From: Pseudomonas aeruginosa
GTDB taxonomy: Bacteria; Pseudomonadota; Gammaproteobacteria; Pseudomonadales; Pseudomonadaceae
Assembly: GCF_001457615.1 (NCBI RefSeq)
Contig: NZ_LN831024.1
Location: 2,790,001 to 2,822,000 of the forward strand
Length of the DNA stretch: 32,000 nt
Direction: 5' to 3'
Shown: one piece after another, positions 1-10,171 of the stretch
How the letters are laid out: each line of letters starts with the position of its first letter
How positions within the stretch are numbered: the first letter of the stretch is position 1
Program-made: the position numbers and the translations under genes
Notes under the pieces: model-generated
Database searches by the model: none
What the model saw: the letters and a program-made list of their open reading frames with translations, nothing else
Told to the model about the DNA's origin: nothing

Positions 1-126
1 GAAGGCATGGTGGTGGCAATGTTCCCCTCGCGGCGCGGGCTGTTGCCTTCGGTCCGCGCGCTGATCGACTTTCTCGCCGCAGGCTTCGCCGACGCCGCAC
101 AGCGCCAGTACCCGGCGCCGGGCTGA
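1..126 (+). CDS. 3' end (41 codons plus stop) of a gene entering from upstream of the window; probably the C-terminus of a LysR-type transcriptional regulator
   Basis: Frame 1 is open from base 1 to TGA at 124-126 (EGMVVAMFPSRRGLLPSVRALIDFLAAGFADAAQRQYPAPG). The ...VRALIDFL... ending is typical of LTTR C-termini. The position corresponds to PAO1 PA2417 (recollection). The gene is convergent with treA, with 3 nt between the stops. Confidence 0.35.
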   Translation, partial: EGMVVAMFPSRRGLLPSVRALIDFLAAGFADAAQRQYPAPG

Positions 127-129
127 GGC

Positions 130-1773
130 TCAGCGACCGGCGCCCGGGCCGTAGAGTCGGAGCAGTTGCAGGGTCACGCCGTTGGACCAGCCGAAGCCGT
201 CCTGCAGCGGGTACTCGCCACCGCCGCCGCCGCCCTGGTTGCCGCTGATGTCGTATTTCTCCACCAGTTTTCCTTCGCGGTCGTAGACCTGCTGCACCTG
301 GGCGAGGAATCGCCGGCCGATGTCTTCCGCCAGGGCGTCCCGGCCGTAGGCGCGCAGGCCCTGTACGGCGACCCACTGCAAGGGTGCCCAGCCGTTCGGC
401 TCGTCCCATTGCTGGCCGCTGGCACGGGTGGTGGTGGCCAGTCCGCCCGGGCGCAGCAGTTGGGCGGCGACGCTGTCGGCGGTACGACCGGCGCGTTCGG
501 TGGAGGCCAGCCCGGTGAATAGCGGGAAGAGGCTGGCGGCGTTGATCCGCTCGATGGGCCGCCGGCGTTGCCAGTCGTAGTCGGCGTAGTAGCCCGCCGG
601 GTGCCAGAGGTGGTCTTCGATGGCCTGTCGTCGCTTCTCCGCGCGGGCGCCGTAGCCTTGCTCGCAGGCCTTCAGCGCGCTGCTGGCGCAGGCCTTGGCG
701 ATGGTTCGTTCGAGATGGTAGAGCAGGGCGTTGAGGTCCACCGGGACGATGGCGGTGGTGCGGATGCTGGCCAGTTCGCGGCCGTCGTCCAGCCAGCGGG
801 AGGAGAAGTCCCAGCCGCTTTCCGCGCCGGCCCGCAGGTCGCGATAGACCTCGCCCGCGGGGCGCTGCGGGGCGCGCGCGGCGGTCGCCCGGTCCTCCAG
901 GAAGGACTCCTGGCGCGGTGTGTCACGGTTGTCCCAGTAGCGGTTCAGCAGGCTTCCGTCGGCCAGTTTCACCACGTGCAGGCGCGCCTCGTTGGGGCGC
1001 AGCCCGGCGGAGCCTTCCATCCAGTAGGCGTATTCCTTCTGTAGCTGCGGCAGGTAGCGCCGGTAGGCGGCGTCGCCTTCGCGTCTTGCCTGGAGGTCCA
1101 CCATGTAGGCGAAGAACGGCGGCTGCGAACGGCTCAGGTAGTAGCTGCGGTTACCGTTGGGAATGTGCCCGTAGGTATCGATCAGGTAGGCGAAGTTGTC
1201 GAGCATGTCGCGCACCCGCTGGTGCTGCCCGCTCTCCGCAAGGCCGAGCATGGTGAAGTAGGAGTCCCAGTAGTACACCTCGCGGAAGCGTCCGCCGGGG
1301 ACCACGTAGGGTTTCGGCAGCGGCAGCAGGCTGCTGTGGGCCGGCACCTGCTCGTAGTGGCGGGTCAACGCCGGCCACAGGTCGCTGATGTGGCTGGCGA
1401 GATCGGCGCCCGCTTCCGGCGGGGCGGTCTCGACGCTGCCGGACTCCTCGAAGTTGCGGCCGACGAAGGCGCGCAGGTCGAAGCCGGGCCGCTCCCTCTC
1501 GCGCAGGTAGTCGGCGCGGATCCGTGCAGGCTCGCGCAGCGGGAGCGCATCGACGAAGTGCTTCTGGTCGCTGAACAACCGGCTTTCCTGCACCGCCTGG
1601 AACAGCTCGGGATAGGCTTCGTCGGGGGCGATCGCGCGTTCGCCGCTGGCGTCCTGCCAACCCCAGGACGAGGACGCGGGCGGGGTAGGCGCCGGGCCCT
1701 GGCTGCAGGCCGCCAGCAGGAGCAGGACCCAGGCTGCGAGCATGGCGCGGGGCAGAGCGGTTCGATCAGGCAT
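130..1773 (-). CDS. treA: Periplasmic trehalase (glycoside hydrolase family 37), predicted lipoprotein
   Basis: ORF 130..2139 was trimmed to the ATG at 1773, which has a GAGGAG Shine-Dalgarno just upstream on the minus strand (plus 1779-1785). The extra 122 codons are Arg/Pro-rich high-GC read-through. Both trehalase signatures are present (PGGRFREVYYWDSYF and QWDEPNGWAPLQ). The N-terminus MPDRTALPRAMLAAWVLLLLAAC is a signal peptide with a lipobox. Confidence 0.9.
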   Translation of the reverse strand: MPDRTALPRAMLAAWVLLLLAACSQGPAPTPPASSSWGWQDASGERAIAPDEAYPELFQAVQESRLFSDQKHFVDALPLREPARIRADYLRERERPGFDLRAFVGRNFEESGSVETAPPEAGADLASHISDLWPALTRHYEQVPAHSSLLPLPKPYVVPGGRFREVYYWDSYFTMLGLAESGQHQRVRDMLDNFAYLIDTYGHIPNGNRSYYLSRSQPPFFAYMVDLQARREGDAAYRRYLPQLQKEYAYWMEGSAGLRPNEARLHVVKLADGSLLNRYWDNRDTPRQESFLEDRATAARAPQRPAGEVYRDLRAGAESGWDFSSRWLDDGRELASIRTTAIVPVDLNALLYHLERTIAKACASSALKACEQGYGARAEKRRQAIEDHLWHPAGYYADYDWQRRRPIERINAASLFPLFTGLASTERAGRTADSVAAQLLRPGGLATTTRASGQQWDEPNGWAPLQWVAVQGLRAYGRDALAEDIGRRFLAQVQQVYDREGKLVEKYDISGNQGGGGGGEYPLQDGFGWSNGVTLQLLRLYGPGAGR

Positions 1774-2131
1774 CGGCTGTCTCCTCTTCGGCAAACGCCG
1801 GGCGCGGATCGGTCGCCGGCGGGGTGCGCCTGGGGCGGCGCGGCAACCCGGCGGGAGGGCCGGGAAGGTCGCTACCCCTGTTTCGGTGAGTCGCGGCGCA
1901 CGAAGTTCCATCGGAAGGATCGCCAGCGTACCTATCGCTTCCGACAGGTCCTTGCGGATGAACTCCAGCGCTTCGCGCAGGTCCGTCGCAGAAGGGGCGC
2001 GAGCCCCCCAGTCGCCGTTTCGCCGTGCCGTTCCCCGCTGCCCGCGCCTTGCGCAGGGCCTCGGCGGTTCGAATCTCCTGCCCGTCCCTTCACGTCGGGA
2101 AGCCTGCGTTTCCCGAGAGGAGTGTTTCGCA

Positions 2132-2557
2132 ATGGCCACCGCACTACGCTTCAGACCGCTGGACGCCTTCTACAACGTCCTCAACCCGGTTCCCTTCGGT
2201 TTCTTCGTCGCCGCCCTGGTCTTCGACGCCACCTATTTCGCCACGGCGGAGGTGATGTGGGGCAAGAGCGCGGCCTGGCTGATCAGTATCGGCCTGCTGT
2301 TCGCCATCCTGCCCTGCGTCGTCGACCTGTGCCGCGTATGGCTGCTGCGGCGCGCGGCAGTCGTCGCGGCGGCCAGGGTTTCCTCCTTGCTGAAGTTCGC
2401 CGGCATCGTCCTGGCCATCTTCAATGCCTTCGTGCACAGCCGCGACGCCTATGCGGTGATGCCGGCCGGGCTATGGCTGTCGATCGCGACGGTGCTGCTG
2501 CTGGCGCTGGGAGAGGCGCTCCTGGCGGTATCCGCGGAGGAGGTGGCGCATGGCTAG
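2132..2557 (+). CDS. Small integral membrane protein (141 aa, about 4 TM helices), PA2415-like hypothetical
   Basis: ATG at 2132 is preceded by GAGAGGA (2115-2121). Hydrophobic helices include VPFGFFVAALVF, AAWLISIGLLFAILPCVV, FAGIVLAIFNAFV and LWLSIATVLLLALG. The stop TAG at 2555-2557 overlaps the next start by 8 nt (ATGGCTAG). The upstream part of ORF 1742..2557 is Arg/Gly-rich junk. Confidence 0.7.
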   Translation: MATALRFRPLDAFYNVLNPVPFGFFVAALVFDATYFATAEVMWGKSAAWLISIGLLFAILPCVVDLCRVWLLRRAAVVAAARVSSLLKFAGIVLAIFNAFVHSRDAYAVMPAGLWLSIATVLLLALGEALLAVSAEEVAHG

Positions 2558-3869
2558 CCTCCACTCGCTGCGTCCCGTCGCGCTTGCCCTCGGCCTGGCC
2601 CTGGCCGGCTGCAACCAGGGGTCGCAGAACGATCCGCAGCAGCAGACCGGCGCCAATCCGGCGCTTCCGGAACCGAAGCACTTCCTCCTGCCGCCGATGA
2701 AGGTACCGGAAGGCGTGGGCTGGTCGGGAGAGGCCAAGCCGACGGTGGCCCAGGGCCTGAAGATCGAGAAGATCGCCGATGGCCTGCAACACCCTCGCCA
2801 GTTGCTGGTCTTGCCCAACGGCGATGTGCTGGTGGTGGAGGCCAACTCGCCCGGCACCGCGCCGGTGACCACGCCGAAGCAACTCATCGCGGGGATGGTC
2901 AAGGGGAAGTCCGGCAAGGCCGGCAAGGGCGGCAACCGCATCACCCTGCTGCGCCGAGCCGGCGCCGGAGGCCAGTGGCAGAAGTACGTGTTCCTGGAAG
3001 GGCTGGACTCGCCGTTCGGCGTGCAGCGGGTGGGGGATTACCTGTATGTCGCCAATACCGGGAATATCATGCGCTACCGCTACGTGCCGGGTGAAACCCG
3101 GGTCGCCGACCCGGGGATGGAGTTCACCGACCTGCCGGACACCATCAACCACCACTGGACCAAGGCGCTGCTAGCCAGTCCCGACGGGCGCAAGCTCTAC
3201 GTGGGCGTCGGTTCGAACAGCAACATCACCGAGAACGGCGCGGCGATCGAATACCGTCGCGCGGCGATTCTCGAGGTGGACGTCGCCAGCCGCGGCAGCC
3301 GCATCTACGCCTCCGGCCTGCGCAACCCGACCGGCCTGCAGTGGGAACCGGTCTCCGGCAAGCTGTGGACCATCGTCAACGAGCGCGACGAGATCGGCAA
3401 CGACCTGGTCCCGGACTACCTGACCTCGGTACGGGAGGGCGGCTTCTACGGCTGGCCCTACAGCTACTTCGGCCAGCACCTGGATTCGCGGGTGAAGCCG
3501 CAGCGTCCCGACCTGGTGGCGAAGGCCATCGTCCCCGACTACGCGCTGGGTTCCCACGTGGCCGCGCTGGGCCTGTTCTTCTACACCGGCGACGAGTTGC
3601 CCGAGCGCTATCGCAACGGCGCCTTCGTCAGCGAGCACGGCAGTTGGAACCGCTCGCCGGTCAGCGGCTTCCAGGTGGTCCATGTGCCGTTCGCCGACGG
3701 CAAGCCCGCCGGTGCGCCGCAGCCGGTGGTGACCGGGTTCGTCTCCGCGGACGAGAAGCAGTTGTTCGGCGCGCCGGTGGGGTTGGCGCAGGCGGCCGAC
3801 GGCGCGTTGCTGATCGCCGACGACGTCGGCAATGCGATCTGGCGGGTGAGCGCCGCGGGCGCCGACTAG
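2550..3869 (+). CDS. PQQ-dependent sugar (sorbosone/glucose-type) dehydrogenase beta-propeller, predicted lipoprotein (PA2414-like)
   Basis: 439-aa ORF with a GGAGGAGG SD at 2533-2540. Signal peptide with lipobox (MASLHSLRPVALALGLALAGC). The body carries motifs typical of soluble PQQ sugar dehydrogenases (GLRNPTGLQWEP, NERDEIGNDLVPDYL, GGFYGWPYSYFG). Synteny matches PAO1 PA2414. Confidence 0.8.
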   Translation: MASLHSLRPVALALGLALAGCNQGSQNDPQQQTGANPALPEPKHFLLPPMKVPEGVGWSGEAKPTVAQGLKIEKIADGLQHPRQLLVLPNGDVLVVEANSPGTAPVTTPKQLIAGMVKGKSGKAGKGGNRITLLRRAGAGGQWQKYVFLEGLDSPFGVQRVGDYLYVANTGNIMRYRYVPGETRVADPGMEFTDLPDTINHHWTKALLASPDGRKLYVGVGSNSNITENGAAIEYRRAAILEVDVASRGSRIYASGLRNPTGLQWEPVSGKLWTIVNERDEIGNDLVPDYLTSVREGGFYGWPYSYFGQHLDSRVKPQRPDLVAKAIVPDYALGSHVAALGLFFYTGDELPERYRNGAFVSEHGSWNRSPVSGFQVVHVPFADGKPAGAPQPVVTGFVSADEKQLFGAPVGLAQAADGALLIADDVGNAIWRVSAAGAD

Positions 3870-3934
3870 CGGCCCGCTCGACGGTGTCCGGGCCGGAGCT
3901 GGCGGTCCGGGCACGGTGCTGCGGTCCGGCGCAG

Positions 3935-3958
3935 TAAATCCGTGCGTCCCTCCTGCGT
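3935..3958 (+). promoter_or_regulatory. PvdS-dependent promoter (iron-starvation IS box, TAAAT-N16-CGT) for the pvdH operon
   Basis: Exact match to the published IS-box consensus: TAAAT at 3935-3939, 16-nt spacer, CGT at 3956-3958. It lies 90 nt upstream of the pvdH ATG. This was the only TAAAT I noticed on reading the window by eye. Confidence 0.65.
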
Positions 3959-4043
3959 CTCCTGTGCATCCGATCCGCGAATGCCGCCCCTGGCGGCCGG
4001 ATCGCCGGTTGCCAGTGGAACACCACCACGCCTTGAGGGTTGA

Positions 4044-5753
<1,710 letters not shown>

Positions 5754-6518
5754 GTGGGCGGTACGCCCGTACGGCTGTTCTGCCTGCCGTATTCCGGCGC
5801 CAGCGCCATGACCTACAGCCGCTGGCGGCGCAAGCTGCCGGCCTGGCTGGCGGTGCGTCCGGTGGAGTTGCCGGGGCGCGGGGCGCGGATGGCCGAGCCG
5901 TTGCAGACCGACCTGGCGAGCCTGGCGCAGCAACTGGCGCGCGAGCTGCACGACGAGGTCCGCCAGGGCCCCTACGCGATGCTCGGCCACAGCCTCGGCG
6001 CCTTGCTCGCCTGCGAGGTGCTGTATGCCTTGCGCGAACTGGGTTGCCCGACGCCGCTGGGGTTCTTCGCCTGCGGCACCGCGGCGCCGTCGCGACGCGC
6101 CGAGTATGACCGCGGTTTCGCCGAACCGAAGAGCGACGCCGAGCTGATCGCCGACCTGCGCGACCTGCAAGGTACGCCGGAAGAGGTGCTGGGCAACCGC
6201 GAGCTGATGAGCCTGACCCTGCCGATCCTGCGCGCCGATTTCCTGCTCTGCGGCAGCTATCGTCACCAGCGGCGCCCGCCGCTGGCCTGTCCGATCCGAA
6301 CGCTTGGCGGCAGGGAGGACAAGGCCAGCGAGGAACAGTTGCTGGCCTGGGCCGAGGAAACCCGCAGCGGTTTCGAACTGGAACTGTTCGACGGCGGGCA
6401 CTTCTTCATCCATCAGCGCGAGGCCGAGGTGCTGGCGGTCGTCGAGCGCCAGGTCGAGGCCTGGCGCGCGGGGCAGGGCGCCGCGGCGTTGGCGGTGGAG
6501 TCGGCGGCGATCTGCTGA
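5754..6518 (+). CDS. Type II (editing) thioesterase, alpha/beta hydrolase (PA2411-like)
   Basis: GTG at 5754 is the first codon after the mbtH-like TGA (5751-5753, same frame). N-terminal LFCLPYSGASA, nucleophile elbow GHSLG and C-terminal GGHFF are typical of NRPS-associated TEII enzymes. Confidence 0.88.
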   Translation: MGGTPVRLFCLPYSGASAMTYSRWRRKLPAWLAVRPVELPGRGARMAEPLQTDLASLAQQLARELHDEVRQGPYAMLGHSLGALLACEVLYALRELGCPTPLGFFACGTAAPSRRAEYDRGFAEPKSDAELIADLRDLQGTPEEVLGNRELMSLTLPILRADFLLCGSYRHQRRPPLACPIRTLGGREDKASEEQLLAWAEETRSGFELELFDGGHFFIHQREAEVLAVVERQVEAWRAGQGAAALAVESAAIC

Positions 6519-6564
6519 TGCCCGCGAGGGCGCCATAGGCCCTGCGGCGGGTCCGATGTCGACG

Positions 6565-6601
6565 AAAAAAAGGCCGGGGAGCAGCGCTCCCCGGCCTTTT
6601 T
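6565..6601. terminator. Bidirectional rho-independent terminator between the convergent pvdH operon and fpv operon
   Basis: A7 tract (6565-6571), then stem GGCCGGGGAGC (6572-6582) paired with GCTCCCCGGCC (6586-6596) around a 3-nt loop, then T5 (6597-6601). The A tract on one side and T tract on the other let it terminate both strands. Confidence 0.8.
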
Positions 6602-6617
6602 CGTTACGAGGCGCGGC

Positions 6618-7535
6618 TCAGCCTTGACCGGCCAGCAGCCCTTCGACTATCGCTTTCATGTCGCTTTCCAGGCCGGCCACCGGGTCCGCCGCCTCGGTGT
6701 CCACCACTACCAGGCGTGCGCCGCTGGCGGCGATGGCATCGGCGAGGGGCTTGGGTGGCTGGCGATGGTGCAGGACCAGGGCGATATCCTCGCTCTTCAG
6801 CTCCTCGGCGAAAGCCTGGATATTGGTCTCGGTCCAGCCGTCGTCGGCCTGGATCTCCACGTCCAGCGGGTCCAGGTTGAGCCCGGCGAGCAGGTAGCCG
6901 AGGCGTTCGGAGAGGCTGATCACGCTGAGGTTGTCGGCCTTCGCCAGGCGAGTCTCGTTACTGGCGGTCGCTTCCAGCAATTGCTTCTTCAGCGTCGCCA
7001 GGTTGGCCTGGATGGTCGCTGCGGCGCCGGGCGCCAGGCGTTCCAGGTCGCTGGCGAGGACATCGGCCATGCGCCCCAGGTTGGTCGGGTTGAGCCAGGG
7101 GTAGGCATGCAGGTCGCTGCCGGGGCGCAGGGCGATGCCGGGCAGGGCGCCGTCCACCGGACGCGCGGCGTCGATCTCGACGATACGGATATTGCTACGG
7201 CGGGCCAGCGGGTAGAGCGGGTCGTCGCTCCAGATCGAGCGCAGGTCGATCACCGCGTCGGCCTGCCCGGCGGCCTTGGCCAGGCCGCCGGCGCCGCGCC
7301 CGGCGAAGAACGAGGCCTGGCGGCTGGCCGGCAGGTTGGCCGGGGCGACCCGTTGCAGCTTGACCTCGGTGTCCCGCAGCAGGCGTTCGGCGAGGGCGTG
7401 GGTGACCGGCAGGCTGGCCAGTACCGTGACTGGCGCGGACTGGGCCGCGGCCGGCGTCGCGGCGAGGGCCGGGAGCGGGCCGGCGAGTCCGGCGCAAGCC
7501 AGGGCCAGGGCGAGGCAATGGGGTTTCAGGTTCAT
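6618..7535 (-). CDS. fpvF: Periplasmic binding protein of the ferripyoverdine-iron ABC importer (TroA/ZnuA-like SBP)
   Basis: ORF 6618..7934 was trimmed to the ATG at 7535 (AAGGAA SD), giving 305 aa. Signal peptide MNLKPHCLALALACAGLAGPLPALA. Its start overlaps the fpvE stop (ATGA at 7532-7535). It is the last gene of the PA2403-PA2410-like operon. Confidence 0.8.
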   Translation of the reverse strand: MNLKPHCLALALACAGLAGPLPALAATPAAAQSAPVTVLASLPVTHALAERLLRDTEVKLQRVAPANLPASRQASFFAGRGAGGLAKAAGQADAVIDLRSIWSDDPLYPLARRSNIRIVEIDAARPVDGALPGIALRPGSDLHAYPWLNPTNLGRMADVLASDLERLAPGAAATIQANLATLKKQLLEATASNETRLAKADNLSVISLSERLGYLLAGLNLDPLDVEIQADDGWTETNIQAFAEELKSEDIALVLHHRQPPKPLADAIAASGARLVVVDTEAADPVAGLESDMKAIVEGLLAGQG

Positions 7536-8437
7536 CCGGGGGTTCCTTTCAGGTGCGGCAGGCAGCCGCGAGCGATGGCGGCGAGGCCGAAGGCCAGGCC
7601 GGCGACCAGGATGATCGCGGCGCCGGAGGGAATCGGCAGGTCGAACATGATCGGCAACAGGATACCGGCCAGCGTGCTGACGGTGGCGATCAGCACCGCC
7701 AGCCAGAAGAACCCTTTCAGCGACTGGCTGACCAGGCGCGCCGCCGCCGCCGGGATCACCAGCAGGGCTCCGACCAGGATCGCGCCGATCACTTTCACCG
7801 CGGCGACGGTGACCAGGGTCACCAGGGCCACGAACAGGTAGTCCAGGCTCTTCACCGCGACCCCGCGCACCGCCGCCAGTTGCGGGTTGAAGCTGGCCAG
7901 CATGATGCGGTTGTACAGCGGCAGGGCCAGGCACGGCACCAGCACGGCGACCGCCGCCAGCACCGCGAGGTCATGGCCGTTCACGGTCAGCACCGAGCCG
8001 AACAGCACGTTCTCGAGGATATGCACGTTGATCTTGCCCGCCAGCACCAGCAGCAGGCTGGCGCCGAGCGCCAGGGACACCGAGAGGAACACCCCGATCA
8101 GGGTGTCCGGGGCCAGGCCGGTGCGGTTGCGCAGGTAATTGAGCAGGACGCCGAACAGCAGGCAGTAGCCGAACAGGCTGCCGTAGGGCCCGGTGTAGGG
8201 CTCGCCGAGGAGGATGCCGATGGCCACGCCGGTGAGCGCGGCGTGGCCGACCGCCTCGGAGAAGAAGGCGAAGCGCTTGACCACCACCAGGGTGCCGAGG
8301 CCGCCGAGCACCGGGCCGATCAGCAGGCCGGCGAGGAGCGCGTTGACGACGAAGCCGTAGGCCAGGGTCTCCGGCAGGTAGCCGGCGGCGGCCCAGGCCT
8401 GGACGGCCTGGCGCAGTTGTTCGTAGGCGTCGTTCAT
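7532..8437 (-). CDS. fpvE: ABC-3 family (ZnuB/MntB-like) inner-membrane permease of the FpvCDEF importer
   Basis: ORF 7532..9274 was trimmed to the ATG at 8437 (GGAGG SD 6 nt upstream), giving 301 aa. The protein is polytopic and hydrophobic (LLAGLLIGPVLGGLGTLVVVKRFAFFSEAVGHAALTGVAIG...). ATGA overlap with the fpvD stop at 8434-8437. Confidence 0.85.
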   Translation of the reverse strand: MNDAYEQLRQAVQAWAAAGYLPETLAYGFVVNALLAGLLIGPVLGGLGTLVVVKRFAFFSEAVGHAALTGVAIGILLGEPYTGPYGSLFGYCLLFGVLLNYLRNRTGLAPDTLIGVFLSVSLALGASLLLVLAGKINVHILENVLFGSVLTVNGHDLAVLAAVAVLVPCLALPLYNRIMLASFNPQLAAVRGVAVKSLDYLFVALVTLVTVAAVKVIGAILVGALLVIPAAAARLVSQSLKGFFWLAVLIATVSTLAGILLPIMFDLPIPSGAAIILVAGLAFGLAAIARGCLPHLKGTPG

Positions 8438-9189
8438 CGGCTGGCCTCCGCGTTCTTCCGGGGCTGGGTGGAGAACAGCGTGAGCAGGCGTTCCGGGGTC
8501 AGGCTGCTGGCCGCCGGACCGTCGAACAGCAGGTGACGGTTGAGACCGCTGACCCGGTCGGCGAGGCGGCCGACGGCCTCCAGGTCGTGCTCGATCCAGA
8601 GCACGGTGACGCCGGCCTGGCGCCAGTCCAGCAGCAGCCGCTCGAAGACCTGGATGCCGCCCTCGTCGAGGGCCGACATCGGTTCGTCCAGCACCAGCAG
8701 TTGCGGCGGCGGTACCAGGCCCTGGGCCAGCAGCACGCGCTGGCGCTCGCCGCCGGAGAGGGCGCCCATGCGCCGACCGCGCTTGGCCAGCATGCCGACC
8801 CGTTCCAGGGCCGCGTCGATCGTCGGGCGCCGGCTGCGCGACAGGCCGAGGAAGGCCGGACGGCGCTGGCACATGGCAGCCATGAAATCGTCGACGGTGA
8901 GCGGCAGGCCGCGGTCGAACTCCAGCGCCTGCGGCACGTAGCCGATGCAGCCGGGCGCGCCGGGCCACTCCAGGCGCAGCTCGCCGCGATGCGGCATCTG
9001 CCCGAGCAGGGTCTTGACCAGCGAACTCTTGCCGCCGCCGTTCGGCCCGACCAGCGCGTGCACGCTGCCGGCCTCGACGCGCAGGCGCACGCCATCGAGG
9101 ATGCGGCTGCCGCCGAGGCTCAGGTCGATCCCGGCGAACTCGATGGCCGGCCCGCAAGGCGTGGCGCAAAGCCGTTCGGCTACGGTCAT
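8434..9189 (-). CDS. fpvD: ABC transporter ATP-binding protein (ZnuC-like) of the FpvCDEF importer
   Basis: 251 aa with Walker A GPNGGGKS, ABC signature LSGGERQR and Walker B LLVLDEP. AGGAG SD upstream. ATGA overlap with the fpvC stop at 9186-9189. Confidence 0.9.
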   Translation of the reverse strand: MTVAERLCATPCGPAIEFAGIDLSLGGSRILDGVRLRVEAGSVHALVGPNGGGKSSLVKTLLGQMPHRGELRLEWPGAPGCIGYVPQALEFDRGLPLTVDDFMAAMCQRRPAFLGLSRSRRPTIDAALERVGMLAKRGRRMGALSGGERQRVLLAQGLVPPPQLLVLDEPMSALDEGGIQVFERLLLDWRQAGVTVLWIEHDLEAVGRLADRVSGLNRHLLFDGPAASSLTPERLLTLFSTQPRKNAEASR

Positions 9190-10139
9190 GCGCCGGACTC
9201 CTGGATGGCGCGGACCACGGTGTCGAGGTTGCGCGCCATTTCTTCCTCGTACTTGCCGGCGCTGTAGTCGCCATAGGAAATGTGCGACAGCGAATAGAGC
9301 TTCACCCCGGACTCGCGCTGGATGGTCTCGACGTAGGTGGAGGGGAAGTCGATCTCGGAGAAGATCACCTTCACGTCCAGCGCCTTGAGCTGGTCGATGG
9401 TCTTCTTCAACTGGCTCGGACTCGGCTCGATGCCGTGGGCCGGCTCGACCACGGCGGTGACTTCCAGGCCGAATTCGCGCAGCAGGTAGTCGTAGGCGCC
9501 GTGGATGGTGGCGACGCGGAAGTCGGCGGCCGGGGCCTTGTTCAGCCGCGCCAGGGCGTCGGCGCGCAGGGCCCGCAGGCGCTTGGCGTAGGCCCGGGCG
9601 TTGCGGGTGTAGGCCTTGGCGTTGGCCGGGTCGAGCTTGCCCAGTTCGCGGGCGATGGTGTTGACCTGGGTGATCGAGGCGCTGATGGACAGGAAGGTAT
9701 GCGGGTTGACCACCTTGCCGGCGCCGCGCGCGGCCATGCCGGTGGCGGCCAGCAGCGGCACCTTGGCGTTCGCCTCGATCACCGGGATGCCGGGCTTTTC
9801 GCTGGAGGCGATCATGCGCTCGGCGAAATCGTCGTGGCCGACGCCGTTGAGCACCACCACGTCAAGCGTGCCGATGCGCTTGATGTCCTCGGCGCGCGGC
9901 TCGTAGGCATGCGGGTTGAAACCGGCGGGGATCAGCGGCACCACCTCGGCCTTGTCGCCGACGATGTTGCTCACGTAGCTGTAGTAGGGATGCAGGGTGA
10001 TGCCGATGCGCAGGCGTTTGCCGTCTTCGGCCTGGGCCAGCGGGGCGAGCAGGGCCAGCAGCAGGGCGGCCAGCAGGGCACGGCCCGGGAGGAGGGCGGC
10101 GAGGCCGCGCGGACGGGATGAGCGACGGGAGAACAGCAT
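9186..10139 (-). CDS. fpvC: Periplasmic metal-binding protein (cluster A-I, ZnuA/TroA-like) of the FpvCDEF importer
   Basis: ORF 9186..10175 starts with TTG; I prefer the ATG at 10139, which gives 317 aa. Signal peptide ...ALLLALLAPLAQA. His-containing metal-site segments are present (HPYYSY, NPHAYEP, VNPHTF). Confidence 0.85.
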   Translation of the reverse strand: MLFSRRSSRPRGLAALLPGRALLAALLLALLAPLAQAEDGKRLRIGITLHPYYSYVSNIVGDKAEVVPLIPAGFNPHAYEPRAEDIKRIGTLDVVVLNGVGHDDFAERMIASSEKPGIPVIEANAKVPLLAATGMAARGAGKVVNPHTFLSISASITQVNTIARELGKLDPANAKAYTRNARAYAKRLRALRADALARLNKAPAADFRVATIHGAYDYLLREFGLEVTAVVEPAHGIEPSPSQLKKTIDQLKALDVKVIFSEIDFPSTYVETIQRESGVKLYSLSHISYGDYSAGKYEEEMARNLDTVVRAIQESGA

Positions 10140-10171
10140 GGAAAAACGCCTTCTGTGGAGTCGATGTGCGA

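Noticed and set aside
121-135. Palindrome GCTGAG-G-CTCAGC containing both convergent stop codons (TGA at 124-126 and TCA at 130-132).
   Set aside because: A 1-nt loop cannot form a hairpin. It is just two abutting stops with symmetric context, and there is no T tract.
2066-2075. GGTTCGAATC, a match to the tRNA T-loop consensus, in the treA / PA2415-like intergenic region. It could have been a tRNA or an island attachment-site remnant.
   Set aside because: The flanks do not form a T stem (C:C mismatch, two G:U pairs). There is no matching acceptor-stem partner (GACGGGC) upstream, no CCA, and no anticodon arm. I treat it as a chance match.
1774-2139. N-terminal extensions of track ORFs: treA to 2139, pvdH from 3916, fpvF to 7934, fpvE to 9274, fpvC to 10175, fpvK to 10966, PA2415-like from 1742, pvdI GTG at 13102.
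   Set aside because: The extended parts are Arg/Pro-rich and overlap the upstream genes. Internal ATGs have SD sequences or ATGA coupling, and they give signal peptides or N-termini at sensible positions.
1165-2700. 511-aa plus-strand ORF spanning the treA antisense strand, the intergenic region and the PA2415-like gene.
   Set aside because: It crosses a divergent intergenic region and two real genes in the wrong frame, and its composition is junk.
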